This document shows, one piece after another, positions 19,176 to 28,339 of a stretch of 64,000 nt of DNA (position 1 is its first letter; each line of letters starts with the position of its first letter). The notes under the pieces were generated by a model. The model worked only from the letters and a program-made list of their open reading frames with translations, searched no databases and was not told the origin of the DNA. Both the position numbers and the translations under genes were made by a program. Source of the stretch: an uncultured virus (IMG/VR IMGVR_UViG_2510065032_000001) (Duplodnaviria; Heunggongvirae; Uroviricota; Caudoviricetes); the IMG/VR virus record IMGVR_UViG_2510065032_000001; one strand, given 5' to 3'.

Positions 19176-20669
19176 ATGGAACTGCAAGGAGTGAACGCAC
19201 GTTTCGGCGGCCCCATCGGTGGGGCTAACGACCTGTTCGGCCAGGGCATCAACTCCCTGGAGGACTTCCAGCGATTCATGAAGGCGGTGCAGACCGCGGG
19301 CGACCCCCACGCGCTGGACTTCAAGGGCAACCTCGAGGGCGTGCCCGCCATCCGCCTCGAGGCCCTGGAGGGCACCCTGCGCGCGGTGGTCGAGCGCGAG
19401 CGCAACTTCACCCTCTTCAAGCGCCTGAAGAGCAAGAAGGCCAAGAGCTCGGTGGTCGAGTGGAGCACGCTGAAGAACATCGGCGGCGACGTGGGCGGCT
19501 CGTTCCACGGCGAGTATTCCGACATCCGCCAGGCCCGCAGCGAGTACGGGCGCGACGTGCTGCGCATCAAGTACCTGATGGAGGGCGCCGAGATCACGGT
19601 GGCCGCCCAGGTGCAGCAGGCCATCGACGACATCAAGGCCCGCGAGAACACCTCGGCCACCACCCGCATCCTGCGCTCGGTGGAGTGGGGGCTGTTCCAG
19701 GGCGACGAGAGCGTGGTGCCCGAGGAGTTCGACGGCATCGCCGCCACCCTGCGCCGCCTGCACCCCAACCACATCATCGACCTCGAGGGCTCCAGCGACA
19801 CCCAGGAGCTGTACGACGCCATGTACCGCGCCTACGCCGACACCATCGGCCCCGAGGGCGGCTACGGGTCCATCTCCGACGTGTACCTGACCCCCAGCGT
19901 GCAGAACGACCTCGACCTGTTCCTGGCCCCCCAGTGGCGCAAGAGCCTCGACGGGAGCAAGACCGAGTACGGCAGCCCCGTGCCGGTGATCCACACCTCC
20001 TTCGGGGACATCAAGACCAACCAGAGCGTGTGGATTCAGGAGGGCGACTACCCCCACACCTCGGCCCCCGCCGTGGTGCGCACCAAGGGCAAGCTCTCCC
20101 CCGACGCCCCCGGCGCCCCCACCGTCGCCATCTCTGCCGTGGTGGGCGCGGCTGGTTCGAAGTTCAAGGCCGGGCAGAACGGCACCTACTACTACGCGGT
20201 GGCCTCGGTCAGCGAGAAGGGCGAGGGCCCGCTGTCGGTCATCGGGTCGGTGGCCCTGGGCGTGGGCGACGCCGCCCAGCTCCAGATCACCCCGCCCGCT
20301 GGCCTGGGGCAGACCGGCTTCGTGATCTACCGCTCCAAGCGTAACCCCGCCACCGCCCCCGCCGCCGCCGACCTGCGCATGGTCAAGCGCATCCCGGCTG
20401 CCGAGAACCCCGCGGATGTCGTGACCTTCGTGGACAAGAACGAGGACATCCCCGGCGCCTCGAGCCTGTTCATCCTCGACCTCGAGGACGAAGAGGCCAT
20501 CGACTGGACCCAGCTCCTGCCGATGACCCAGTTCCCGCTGTACCCGACCCGCAAGGCCAGCTACCCCTGGGCCGTGCTGCTGTTCGGGGCGCTCAAGCTG
20601 GGCATCCCCCAGCGGCACTGGGTCGTGCGCAACTACGTGCCCAAGACCGCCCGCTGGCAGCCCTTCTAA
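19176..20669 (+). CDS. Major capsid protein (SPO1/Twort-like pattern)
   Basis: FMKA...AIRLEALEGTL, AKSSVVEW, EWGLFQGD...EFDGI, C-terminal WAVLLFGAL...P; 497 aa, strong SD. Confidence 0.88.
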   Translation: MELQGVNARFGGPIGGANDLFGQGINSLEDFQRFMKAVQTAGDPHALDFKGNLEGVPAIRLEALEGTLRAVVERERNFTLFKRLKSKKAKSSVVEWSTLKNIGGDVGGSFHGEYSDIRQARSEYGRDVLRIKYLMEGAEITVAAQVQQAIDDIKARENTSATTRILRSVEWGLFQGDESVVPEEFDGIAATLRRLHPNHIIDLEGSSDTQELYDAMYRAYADTIGPEGGYGSISDVYLTPSVQNDLDLFLAPQWRKSLDGSKTEYGSPVPVIHTSFGDIKTNQSVWIQEGDYPHTSAPAVVRTKGKLSPDAPGAPTVAISAVVGAAGSKFKAGQNGTYYYAVASVSEKGEGPLSVIGSVALGVGDAAQLQITPPAGLGQTGFVIYRSKRNPATAPAAADLRMVKRIPAAENPADVVTFVDKNEDIPGASSLFILDLEDEEAIDWTQLLPMTQFPLYPTRKASYPWAVLLFGALKLGIPQRHWVVRNYVPKTARWQPF

Positions 20670-20688
20670 GCTTGAAAGCTTTCTGGTC

Positions 20689-20718
20689 CTCCCTGGCAGA
20701 CGCCAGGGAGTTTGCTTT
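20689..20718 (+). terminator. Intrinsic terminator after capsid gene
   Basis: CTCCCTGGC agac GCCAGGGAG + T-rich tail. Confidence 0.65.
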
Positions 20719-20748
20719 GGGCCGACGCCCGACGCCCGGCTACCCCTC

Positions 20749-20776
20749 TGACCCCTGCTGTCCTGGAGATTGGACA
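20749..20776 (+). promoter_or_regulatory. Late promoter motif overlapped by TGTCC-N8-GGACA operator
   Basis: TGACCC-N11-GAGATT (20749-20771); TGTCC tggagatt GGACA (20759-20776). Confidence 0.7.
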
Positions 20777-20789
20777 ACGGAGGTCAGCA

Positions 20790-21365
20790 ATGGATTACCG
20801 CATCAAAGCAGTGGACGTGCCCAGCCTCGAGGACGCCATCATCCGCAAGGGGCAGAAGGACGTGAGCGTGAACGGCCTGCTGTTCGGCTACTCCGACCGC
20901 CTGCAAGCCATCGTCTCCCAGCCCTGCCGCGAGGCCGACTGCGAGAGCTTCCTGCGCGCGGGCGGCTACGTGGTCATCGACGCGGTGACAGGCGAGGAGA
21001 AGGCCACCAAGCCCCGCAACGCCGCGGTGGACGTGGAGGAGGCGGTGCGCGCCGAGCTCAAGCGCCAGGCCGAGGAGCGGCAGAAGGCCCTCGACGCCCA
21101 GCGCGCCGCGGGCGGGGACGCCCACGCCGCCTACGCCGCGGAGTTCAAGAAGAAGTGGGACTCCCTGCCGGACGGCGAGGCCCGCAAGGCCAAGTTCGGC
21201 AAGGACGAGCTGCTGCGCGCGGCCACCGCGCTCAAGCTGGCGGTGCCCAACCCCAGCGAGGCCACCAAGGCCCAGCTCGTGGAGCTCATCGGGGCCTTCT
21301 ACGCCGACGAGGCCCAGCGCGCCCAGGCCGCCCAGACCCAAGGCCAGGCCCAGGCCCAGGGCTAG
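20790..21365 (+). CDS. Hypothetical head-region protein (possible C-terminal HeH/Rho-N-like motif)
   Basis: SD GGAGG; KDELLRAA...ATKAQLVELI. Confidence 0.65.
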   Translation: MDYRIKAVDVPSLEDAIIRKGQKDVSVNGLLFGYSDRLQAIVSQPCREADCESFLRAGGYVVIDAVTGEEKATKPRNAAVDVEEAVRAELKRQAEERQKALDAQRAAGGDAHAAYAAEFKKKWDSLPDGEARKAKFGKDELLRAATALKLAVPNPSEATKAQLVELIGAFYADEAQRAQAAQTQGQAQAQG

Positions 21366-21408
21366 ACGCCCGCCACGGGCCACCGCAGAGCCGGGGGTTC
21401 CCCGGCTC

Positions 21409-21431
21409 TGACCCTTTGCCGCGCCCACCCT
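21409..21431 (+). promoter_or_regulatory. Putative late promoter (leaderless)
   Basis: TGACCC-N11-CACCCT, ATG 6 nt later. Confidence 0.78.
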
Positions 21432-21437
21432 GGGGCT

Positions 21438-22241
21438 ATGCCGACCGTGAGCAAGCTGACCGCGCAACAACTGAGGGAGGAGTTCTTCCGGGACATCCCC
21501 CTCGAGGACTCCCGGGGCCGCCCGGTGAGCGACGCGGCCCTCGAGAAGGTCATCGGCGTGACCGAGGCCGAGTGGACGCGCATGTACTCGGTGCTGTGGA
21601 CGCCCACCACCGTCGTCGCCGGGGCGGTGCCCCCCGACAAAATCCCCCCCGACCAGCCCACCCTCGAGGCCACCCCCCCTTCCTTCGACCCCGAGGGCTG
21701 GCACGCCGACCGCTGGCACTTCCTCAAGCTGCCCTACACCCCCGTCCGGGAGCTGCACTACGTGGGGCTGGGGCTGGGCGGCGGCGCCTCCAACGCCATC
21801 CTGGTGTTCCCCCCCGACTGGTGGCAGCTCAACAAGCGCCGGGGCACCCTCCAGCTCTTCCCGGCCTACCAGCAGCTCGCCGTCGCCAACATCTCCAGCT
21901 TCCAGCTCTCGGTCATCGCCGGGGCCCGCCGCATCCCCAACGCCTGGCGGCTGTGCCTGAGCGCCGGGTACGACGACGTTTCGGTGGAGCAGCCCGACCT
22001 GGCCTACTACCTGTTGATGGCCGCGGCGATCAAGCTCCTGCCCAAGGCCGCCATGCTGCGCGAGGGGGTCATCTCCTCGGAGAGCGTGAGCGTGGACGGG
22101 CTGAGCCAGTCGCGCGCCTACCCCGTCTCGGGGCAGACCCACCGCTACAGCCCCTACCAGAAGTCGCTCGAGGAGCAGCTCGAGAACTTCAAGCGCAGCT
22201 ACTTCACCACCCAGAAGGGCCTGCGCATGTTCTCGGCCTGA
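21438..22241 (+). CDS. Head-tail adaptor / neck protein
   Basis: Position; GVISSESVSVDGLSQS adaptor-like motif. Confidence 0.65.
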   Translation: MPTVSKLTAQQLREEFFRDIPLEDSRGRPVSDAALEKVIGVTEAEWTRMYSVLWTPTTVVAGAVPPDKIPPDQPTLEATPPSFDPEGWHADRWHFLKLPYTPVRELHYVGLGLGGGASNAILVFPPDWWQLNKRRGTLQLFPAYQQLAVANISSFQLSVIAGARRIPNAWRLCLSAGYDDVSVEQPDLAYYLLMAAAIKLLPKAAMLREGVISSESVSVDGLSQSRAYPVSGQTHRYSPYQKSLEEQLENFKRSYFTTQKGLRMFSA

Positions 22242-22252
22242 GGGGAGGGAGG

Positions 22253-23203
22253 ATGGCGAACACCAACAAGCACGCCTTCGAGGGGGTGGCCTTCCACCTC
22301 CAGCACTTCGACGAACTGCTCAACGGCGAGCAGGCGTGGCGGCTGCTGTACCTGCCCGCCACCGCCTGCCCCTGCCGCGACCCCGCCAGCAACGCCCCCC
22401 AGAAGGCGTGCCCCCACTGCAAGGGCTACGGCTACACCTGGCAGCCCCCCGCCACGCTCACCCTCGAGGAGTCCTTCTACGCGGGCAGCGAGACCCGCCC
22501 CCCGGTGCTGGCCTACCGCCACGCCAAGCCCGAAGACCTGCTCGAGGTGACCGACGAGCGGGGCAACGCCTACCCCCAGGCGCGGCTGGAGGAGGGCGGG
22601 CGCGTCGTCTTCCCCGACGCCACCCCCGCCCCCGCGCTGGGCGACGAGTTCAAGGTGCGCTACCGCGCGCCCTTCACGGTGCTGGGCCACATGCAGGGGC
22701 TCTCCTCGAGGCGCGACTTCAAGGCCGAGGGGGTCTACGACCACCGCGACGTGACCCTGACGGTCCCCGCCCTCACCCGGCTGCCGGGCGGGGAGTGGGC
22801 GCCCAACCCCGCGTGGGAGGCCGACGAGAACGACCGCTTCGTGGTTGTGGACGCCAAGCAGCGCATGAGCCAGGTGCTCTACCGCGGCGTCGGCGGCGAC
22901 CGGCTGCTGTACGCCTACGTCTACGAGGTGCGGGGCTGCTTCGCCCTCGACCCCAAGACCTACGCCCGCACCGACTACGCCGAGGGCGTGGACTTCGACG
23001 TGCAGGACGGGATGATCGTGTGGCGGGCCGGGCGGGGGCCGGGGCAGGGCAGGCCCTACACCGTCAGCTACGTGGCGGCCCCCGAGTTCTGGGTCTTCCG
23101 CTCCAGCGACCTCGCCCGCCACCAGGGGGGCGAGCCCCTGCCGCGCCGCCTGACCCTGCGGGTCTGGGAGCTGTTCCCCCGTCCGGGGGCCACGCCGAGG
23201 TAA
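22253..23203 (+). CDS. Head closure / neck protein
   Basis: ACPC...CPHCKGYG motif typical of myovirus neck proteins; SD. Confidence 0.6.
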   Translation: MANTNKHAFEGVAFHLQHFDELLNGEQAWRLLYLPATACPCRDPASNAPQKACPHCKGYGYTWQPPATLTLEESFYAGSETRPPVLAYRHAKPEDLLEVTDERGNAYPQARLEEGGRVVFPDATPAPALGDEFKVRYRAPFTVLGHMQGLSSRRDFKAEGVYDHRDVTLTVPALTRLPGGEWAPNPAWEADENDRFVVVDAKQRMSQVLYRGVGGDRLLYAYVYEVRGCFALDPKTYARTDYAEGVDFDVQDGMIVWRAGRGPGQGRPYTVSYVAAPEFWVFRSSDLARHQGGEPLPRRLTLRVWELFPRPGATPR

Positions 23204-23221
23204 CTGGCTTTCAAGTAATCT

Positions 23222-23239
23222 TGTCCTATATAATGGACA
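23222..23239 (+). promoter_or_regulatory. Operator TGTCC-N8-GGACA enclosing TATAAT (leaderless promoter)
   Basis: TGTCC tatataat GGACA; ATG 23242 lies 7 nt after TATAAT. Confidence 0.75.
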
Positions 23240-23241
23240 GC

Positions 23242-23751
23242 ATGAACAAGAGCCTACTCGAGCTGGCCCGCGACGTTTACCGCGTGCTGCACGGCGCCGC
23301 CCCCGGGATGAGCCGCGAGCAGCTAGCCAAGGCCCTCCAGCAGGGCGACCGCCAGATGCGCGACGCGGTGGCCCTGGCCTCGGAGAAGGCCGCCCCCTTC
23401 GGGGTGGTCCTGGGGCTGGACCCCCAGGACGAGCGCTACTACCTCATCGAGCTGGCGAAGGCCGACGAGGCGGGCATCGCCCGCGCCCGCCGGATCGTGA
23501 TGTACCTGCGCTCGTACTTCGAGAGCTCGCACCGCCGCTACAGCGCCCTGGCCGAGGCGTTCGCGCGGGGGACCGGGCAGAGCCTCGACCCGGTGCAGCA
23601 AGCCGACCTCTTCGCCGCCAGCGACGACCCCGAGGCCATCCTGCGCAGCCTGGCGCTGGAGCTGATGCGGGTGAAGCTGGAGGGGGGCGCCGCGCGCGAG
23701 CTGAGCCGCGCCCTGCAATACCTGGGCCTGGACCGGAGCGTGGCGGCGTGA
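23242..23751 (+). CDS. Putative winged-helix DNA-binding protein
   Basis: GMSREQLAKALQQGDRQMRDAV...RYYLI wHTH-like pattern. Confidence 0.55.
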   Translation: MNKSLLELARDVYRVLHGAAPGMSREQLAKALQQGDRQMRDAVALASEKAAPFGVVLGLDPQDERYYLIELAKADEAGIARARRIVMYLRSYFESSHRRYSALAEAFARGTGQSLDPVQQADLFAASDDPEAILRSLALELMRVKLEGGAARELSRALQYLGLDRSVAA

Positions 23752-25301
23752 AGCGCTGGAATCTGGTGCAAGGGGACGCGCTCGAGGTGCTGCGCACCCT
23801 CCCCGACGCGCACTTTCACGCCATGCTCTCGGACCCCCCCTACGGGCTCAGGTTCATGGGCAGGCGCTGGGACGCGGCCCTGCCCGACCCCGAGGTGTGG
23901 GCCGAGCTGTACCGGGTGCTGATGCCCGGCGCCTTCCTGATGGCCTTCAGCTCGAGCCGCACCTGGCACCGCCTGGCCTGCCACATCGAGGACGCCGGGT
24001 TCATCATGCACCCCACCCTGTTCGGCTGGGCCAACGGCGAGGGCTTCCCCAAGGCCACGCGGGTTGATACGGCGGTGGACAGGCGGGGGGGCAACCCCCA
24101 GGCGTGGCGAGCCTTCGCGACCGCCTATGCCGCGGCAGTGGAAACCTCCCCCTATACCCATAGCGAGATCGACCGATTCTTGGGCATCAAGTCCTCCTCC
24201 TGCTACTGGGCGAGGACCGACCAGCGGGGCGGCCTTCCGCCCCGCCGTCACTGGGAGCGGGTGCGCGATCTGTTGGGGCTCAACGGCAGCCTCGAGGCGC
24301 TTTACGCCGAGGCGGAGCGTGAGGTGGTGGGGCAGGTCGAAGCGTCCGTGCCGACCTACTTCACGGACAGCATCGGGCAAGGCTCGGGGCAGGCCCGGCG
24401 GGACATCACCGCCCCCGCCACCGACCTTGCCCGCGACTGGGCAGGCCACCGCTACGGCCTCCAGGCCCTCAAACCCGCCGTCGAGCCCATCCTCGTGCTG
24501 CAAAAGCCCTACGAGGGCAAGCCGGTGGAGGACATCACCTCCAGCGGGGCCGGGGCGCTCAACATCGAGGGGGCCAGGGTCGGGACGGGCAGCACCCGGC
24601 GCGTCGGATACGCCGAGCTGGGGTACGGGGGCCGGAACAAACCCGGCGCTTACGAGTCGGGCTCTGCTCATGGCCGCTGGCCCGCCAACCTCATCCTGCT
24701 CGACGGGGCCGCCGCCGCCGCGCTCGACGCCCAGAGCGGAGTGCTCAAGAGCGGCAGCCGCAGGGCCGGGGTGTACCGTGGGCTGGGCTATGCAGGCAGC
24801 GAGCGGGCCGAGTTCCCCGAGGTCGAGGGGGACGAAGGGGGCGCTTCGCGCTTCTTCTTCGTGGTGCAGGAGCAGATCGACGGCGCCGACCCCATCTACT
24901 ACTGCGCCAAGGCGTCGCGCTCCGAGCGCGACGCGGGCCTCGAGGCCCCCAACCCCCACCCCACCGTCAAGCCCATCCGCCTGGCGCATTACCTCGCCAC
25001 CCTGCTGCTCCCGCCCGCGCGCTACGCCCCCCGCCGCCTGCTCAACCTCTACAGCGGCTCCGGCTCCGAGGCCATCGGCGCGGTGCTGGCGGGCTGGGAG
25101 GAGGTCACGGGCGTCGAGCGCGAGCCCGAGAACATCGCCGTGGCCGAGGCCCGCCTGCGCTACTGGAGCGAGCGCGGCCTGGAGGCCAAGCCCGGCAGCC
25201 GATCCCGGCCCGGCCCAAAGCCCAACCCCAATCCCGAGCCCCGGCCCGCCGCCCAGGGCGCGGGCCTGTTCGACTTCGACTTTGCCCAGGAGGAAGCATG
25301 A
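23748..25301 (+). CDS. DNA methyltransferase (N4C/N6A, beta class) with internal HTH-like insert
   Basis: GDALEVL, SDPPY, GFPK, LKPAVEPI, GRWPANL, HPTVKP, LYSGSGS. Confidence 0.85.
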   Translation: MKRWNLVQGDALEVLRTLPDAHFHAMLSDPPYGLRFMGRRWDAALPDPEVWAELYRVLMPGAFLMAFSSSRTWHRLACHIEDAGFIMHPTLFGWANGEGFPKATRVDTAVDRRGGNPQAWRAFATAYAAAVETSPYTHSEIDRFLGIKSSSCYWARTDQRGGLPPRRHWERVRDLLGLNGSLEALYAEAEREVVGQVEASVPTYFTDSIGQGSGQARRDITAPATDLARDWAGHRYGLQALKPAVEPILVLQKPYEGKPVEDITSSGAGALNIEGARVGTGSTRRVGYAELGYGGRNKPGAYESGSAHGRWPANLILLDGAAAAALDAQSGVLKSGSRRAGVYRGLGYAGSERAEFPEVEGDEGGASRFFFVVQEQIDGADPIYYCAKASRSERDAGLEAPNPHPTVKPIRLAHYLATLLLPPARYAPRRLLNLYSGSGSEAIGAVLAGWEEVTGVEREPENIAVAEARLRYWSERGLEAKPGSRSRPGPKPNPNPEPRPAAQGAGLFDFDFAQEEA

Positions 25302-25636
25302 GCGTGAACCCCTCGGTCGCAAAACCCGCCCCCGCCTTCGACCCCAGCCGCTACCGGCCCGTGGTGTGGGACTTGCCCGACGACGAGGAGGACTGCCGGT
25401 TGGTCCTCGAGCGCGCCCCCGGTGGGATGTTCGTGTATCTCGAGTGCGGCGAGCACGCCCCCTCGAAGCGCCGCTTCTTGCGGCCTGTCGTCGCGCGCGA
25501 GTGCGCGAAGGAGCTGGAGGAAAACGCCCGCATCGCCCTCGGGGACGGCCAGGAACTCGCCCTGCCCTCGGGCATGGCGCTGGAGGTGGCCGAGGCCCTG
25601 CGCCAGACGGTGCGGGAGATCGAGCGGGGGTGGTAG
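25298..25636 (+). CDS. Hypothetical protein
   Basis: ATGA overlap, SD. Confidence 0.6.
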   Translation: MSVNPSVAKPAPAFDPSRYRPVVWDLPDDEEDCRLVLERAPGGMFVYLECGEHAPSKRRFLRPVVARECAKELEENARIALGDGQELALPSGMALEVAEALRQTVREIERGW

Positions 25637-25637
25637 G

Positions 25638-26189
25638 GTGGACGATTACGCCGCTTTGGAGGAAGTGCTGCAAGGCCCGGCCCCCGAGCCCCGGCCCCTC
25701 GACCCCCAGGCCACCCTCGAGGCCGCCGAGCGCTACCTCCAGCGCCTCGAGCTGCCCTACCCCAAGGCGCGGCCCCGGCCCGGCCCCGACTACGCCAAGG
25801 CCCTGGAGGAACTGCCCCAGGACATCACCCTCGCCACCCCCCAGCAGCTCGGGCAGCGCATGTTCCACCTGGCCGCGCTGCTGGCCTTCGCCCACGCCGA
25901 GCAGGGCCGCTTGCAGGTGCTCGTGGACGGCAAGGAGCTGCGCCTGTCCCAGCACCGCGCCCGGCTCTACCTCAAGCTCAAGGCCGAAGAGGGGCGCAGG
26001 CTCACCGAGGAGGGCTGCAAGGCAGAAATCGCCCACGACCCCACCACCCGAGCCCTGGAGTACGAGCTGTTCGAGGCGCGGGCCAAGCTGAGGCTGCTGG
26101 CGAGCGTGAGCGAGGGCTACCGGCTGGAGTACCAGACCCTCAGCCGGGAGATTGCCCGCCGGGGGATCGACCTGGAGCGCAGCCTGTGA
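25638..26189 (+). CDS. Helical protein, possibly UvsY-like recombination mediator
   Basis: RLYLKLK...KAEIAHDP...LSREIARR helical pattern. Confidence 0.4.
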   Translation: MDDYAALEEVLQGPAPEPRPLDPQATLEAAERYLQRLELPYPKARPRPGPDYAKALEELPQDITLATPQQLGQRMFHLAALLAFAHAEQGRLQVLVDGKELRLSQHRARLYLKLKAEEGRRLTEEGCKAEIAHDPTTRALEYELFEARAKLRLLASVSEGYRLEYQTLSREIARRGIDLERSL

Positions 26190-26524
26190 GCTGGAGGAAA
26201 GCCGTCGTGCTGACGCTGGGCCGGGGCCAGGTCCACCTGGCCTACCTGCGCGCGGGGCAAGGCGCCGAGCAGACCCTCGAGCTGGCGCTCGCCCCCTTCA
26301 CCCCTGACCTACAGCGCAAGAGCAGGCTGGGCCTGAAGGTCTACCGCGAAGAGCTCGACCGCCCTGGGACGGCGGTGCTGCGCTTCACCGGCAGCGCCAG
26401 CGTCCGGGCGCTGCGCGAGCGGCTGGAAGTCCTCGAGCGGCTGCTCGAAGCCCTCGAGCGCCAGCCGGGGGCGACGCCCGCCGGGCCCGGCCCCGGCCCT
26501 GACCCCGGCCCGCCCCGAAACTAG
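26186..26524 (+). CDS. Hypothetical protein
   Basis: GTGA overlap. Confidence 0.6.
   Translation: MSWRKAVVLTLGRGQVHLAYLRAGQGAEQTLELALAPFTPDLQRKSRLGLKVYREELDRPGTAVLRFTGSASVRALRERLEVLERLLEALERQPGATPAGPGPGPDPGPPRN
26500..26522 (+). promoter_or_regulatory. Putative late promoter (leaderless), inside upstream ORF end
   Basis: TGACCC-N11-GAAACT, ATG 6 nt later. Confidence 0.75.
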
Positions 26525-26528
26525 ATTC

Positions 26529-27413
26529 ATGGGCTACGGCATCGCGGTCAGCGTGGGGAACCTGCCGGGGCTGGAGGGCGTCGAGCGCCTGCTGGCGCTG
26601 GCGACCGGCGACGCCGAGGGGCTGTACCCCAACCAAATCGCCGCCCTGCGCCGCCTGGCCCAGGGCGCGCAGGAGAAGTGGAAATCCTACGCCAGCGGCA
26701 ACGAGCCCCTGCCCGACGGCACCCGGCTGCGCCCGTGGAGCGGGGCCTACCTCCAGAGCATCCTGCTCGAGGAGGTCAACGCCCTCGACTACCGGGTGTT
26801 CTCCGACCCCGCCATCGCCCCCCACGCCCCCGCGCTGGAGTGGGGCGCCAAGGGCTGGGACATGCGCGAGCTGCTGCGGCGCAGCCACAGGGCCCGCAGG
26901 AGCGCCGAGGGCAAGCTCTACCTCATCATCCCCTACCGCCACGGCACCCCCCAGAGCGTGGTGGTGGGGGCCTACTCGGGCCGGGAGATGCCCCAGGACG
27001 TGTACGCCCTGGCCCGCGAGCTGGCCCCCAGCCTGGTGACGGGCCACTACGAGGAGGCCAGCGTGCACGACGCCAAGGTGCGGGTGCGGCGCAACGCCTA
27101 CGCCTGGGGCGACCGCCTGACCCTGCGCGAGCTGCGGGCGCTGGGGGTGGAGGAGCGCCAGGCCCAGCGCATGGCCGGGATGGTGCGCTTCGACGCCTCG
27201 ACCCCCGCCGCCCGCTCGAGCCTCTACCTCACCTTCCGCACCCTCTCGGAGAAAAGCCCCGCGGGGACGTGGGTGATCCCCGACCGGCCCGGCAAGGGCG
27301 TGGCCGAGGCGGTGTACCGCTGGGCCCAGAACCTCGCCCCCCAGGTGCTCGCCAAGGCCAAGGAGTTCGACATCGAGCGCATCAAGCGCCTCGCCGGGAT
27401 AGGAGGAGCATGA
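26529..27413 (+). CDS. Neck / tail completion protein
   Basis: LEWG...WDMR, YLIIPYRH, YLTFRTLSEKS..WVIP motifs; late promoter. Confidence 0.6.
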   Translation: MGYGIAVSVGNLPGLEGVERLLALATGDAEGLYPNQIAALRRLAQGAQEKWKSYASGNEPLPDGTRLRPWSGAYLQSILLEEVNALDYRVFSDPAIAPHAPALEWGAKGWDMRELLRRSHRARRSAEGKLYLIIPYRHGTPQSVVVGAYSGREMPQDVYALARELAPSLVTGHYEEASVHDAKVRVRRNAYAWGDRLTLRELRALGVEERQAQRMAGMVRFDASTPAARSSLYLTFRTLSEKSPAGTWVIPDRPGKGVAEAVYRWAQNLAPQVLAKAKEFDIERIKRLAGIGGA

Positions 27414-27463
27414 CGAGCATGACGAGCATGACCACGACCACGACCACGGAGGAGCGCCGGTGA
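27410..27463 (+). repeat. Microsatellite (ATGACGAGC)2-(ACCACG)3 forming a 17-codon mini-ORF
   Basis: SD AGGAGG, 4-nt overlaps with both neighbours. Confidence 0.5.
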
Positions 27464-28335
27464 TCCGCGACGCGATGGCCTTGCCCCGGCCCGAGGGCGG
27501 GGCGGTGCACCTGCTGTTCTCCCTGCCCTCCCCCGCCGCCCGGGTGCGGGTGATCCGCCTGCCCGCGGGCCAGGCCCCCGCCTCGCCCACCGACCCCGCC
27601 GCCCGGCTGGTCTTCGAGGGCGACCCCCTGCGGGTGGGCGCCTTCCCCTTCCACCTGCGGCCCGACCCGCCCCGCGACCCCGAGCTCTACGCCGAGGTCT
27701 TCGACCTCGAGGCGTTCGCCTACTCCTTCGGGGACGACGCCAACGCCATCGAGGGCCAGGAGTGGGATTACTACCTCTACGCCCTCGAGGGGGGCGCCTA
27801 CTCCGAAGCGGTGCGCGTGCGGGCCAGGCCGCAGCGCACCGCCCGCCACCGGCTGCGCCTGGAGGTCAAGCCCCTGCTCTACCAGCGCCTGAAGTACCAC
27901 GCCCAGGACGCCGAGGGCGGGGTGTTCGTCGCGATGGAGGAGAGCCTGCACGAGGGCCACCCCTTCCCCGTGGTGCTGGCGAAGGCCCGCTACGTGCTCG
28001 CCACGCGGCACCTGGGCCACACCCGCCAGGCCGAGGGCGAGGAGCTGGCCGTGACCTACCGCGCGGTGGGCGAGGTGCTGATCCTGGCCCGCGACCCCGG
28101 CGAGCGCGACCGGCTGGCGCGGCACTTCCGCGACCGGCTGGTGTGCGACCTCTCGCTGTTCGAGCTGCTGGGGTGGGAGGACGTGAAGCTCCAGGGCTCC
28201 GACGTGATGCAGGACTTCCAGGACGCGGTGTTCTACGGGCACACCCTGGCCCTCGACGGCGAGGTGGACGGCTTCATCTCCCACCCCCTGCCCTGGCGCG
28301 TCAGCGAGGGGCTCGAGGTGGCCCCCGAGGATTAG
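27460..28335 (+). CDS. Putative tail terminator / completion protein
   Basis: Position before sheath; ERDRLA...F helix pattern. Confidence 0.5.
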   Translation: MIRDAMALPRPEGGAVHLLFSLPSPAARVRVIRLPAGQAPASPTDPAARLVFEGDPLRVGAFPFHLRPDPPRDPELYAEVFDLEAFAYSFGDDANAIEGQEWDYYLYALEGGAYSEAVRVRARPQRTARHRLRLEVKPLLYQRLKYHAQDAEGGVFVAMEESLHEGHPFPVVLAKARYVLATRHLGHTRQAEGEELAVTYRAVGEVLILARDPGERDRLARHFRDRLVCDLSLFELLGWEDVKLQGSDVMQDFQDAVFYGHTLALDGEVDGFISHPLPWRVSEGLEVAPED

Positions 28336-28339
28336 GCTC

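Noticed and set aside
20672..22252. ORF-track starts far upstream of real starts (20672, 20712, 22336, 36065, 37198, 48725, 52166)
   Set aside because: Internal starts are better supported by SD, stop-start overlaps or promoter spacing
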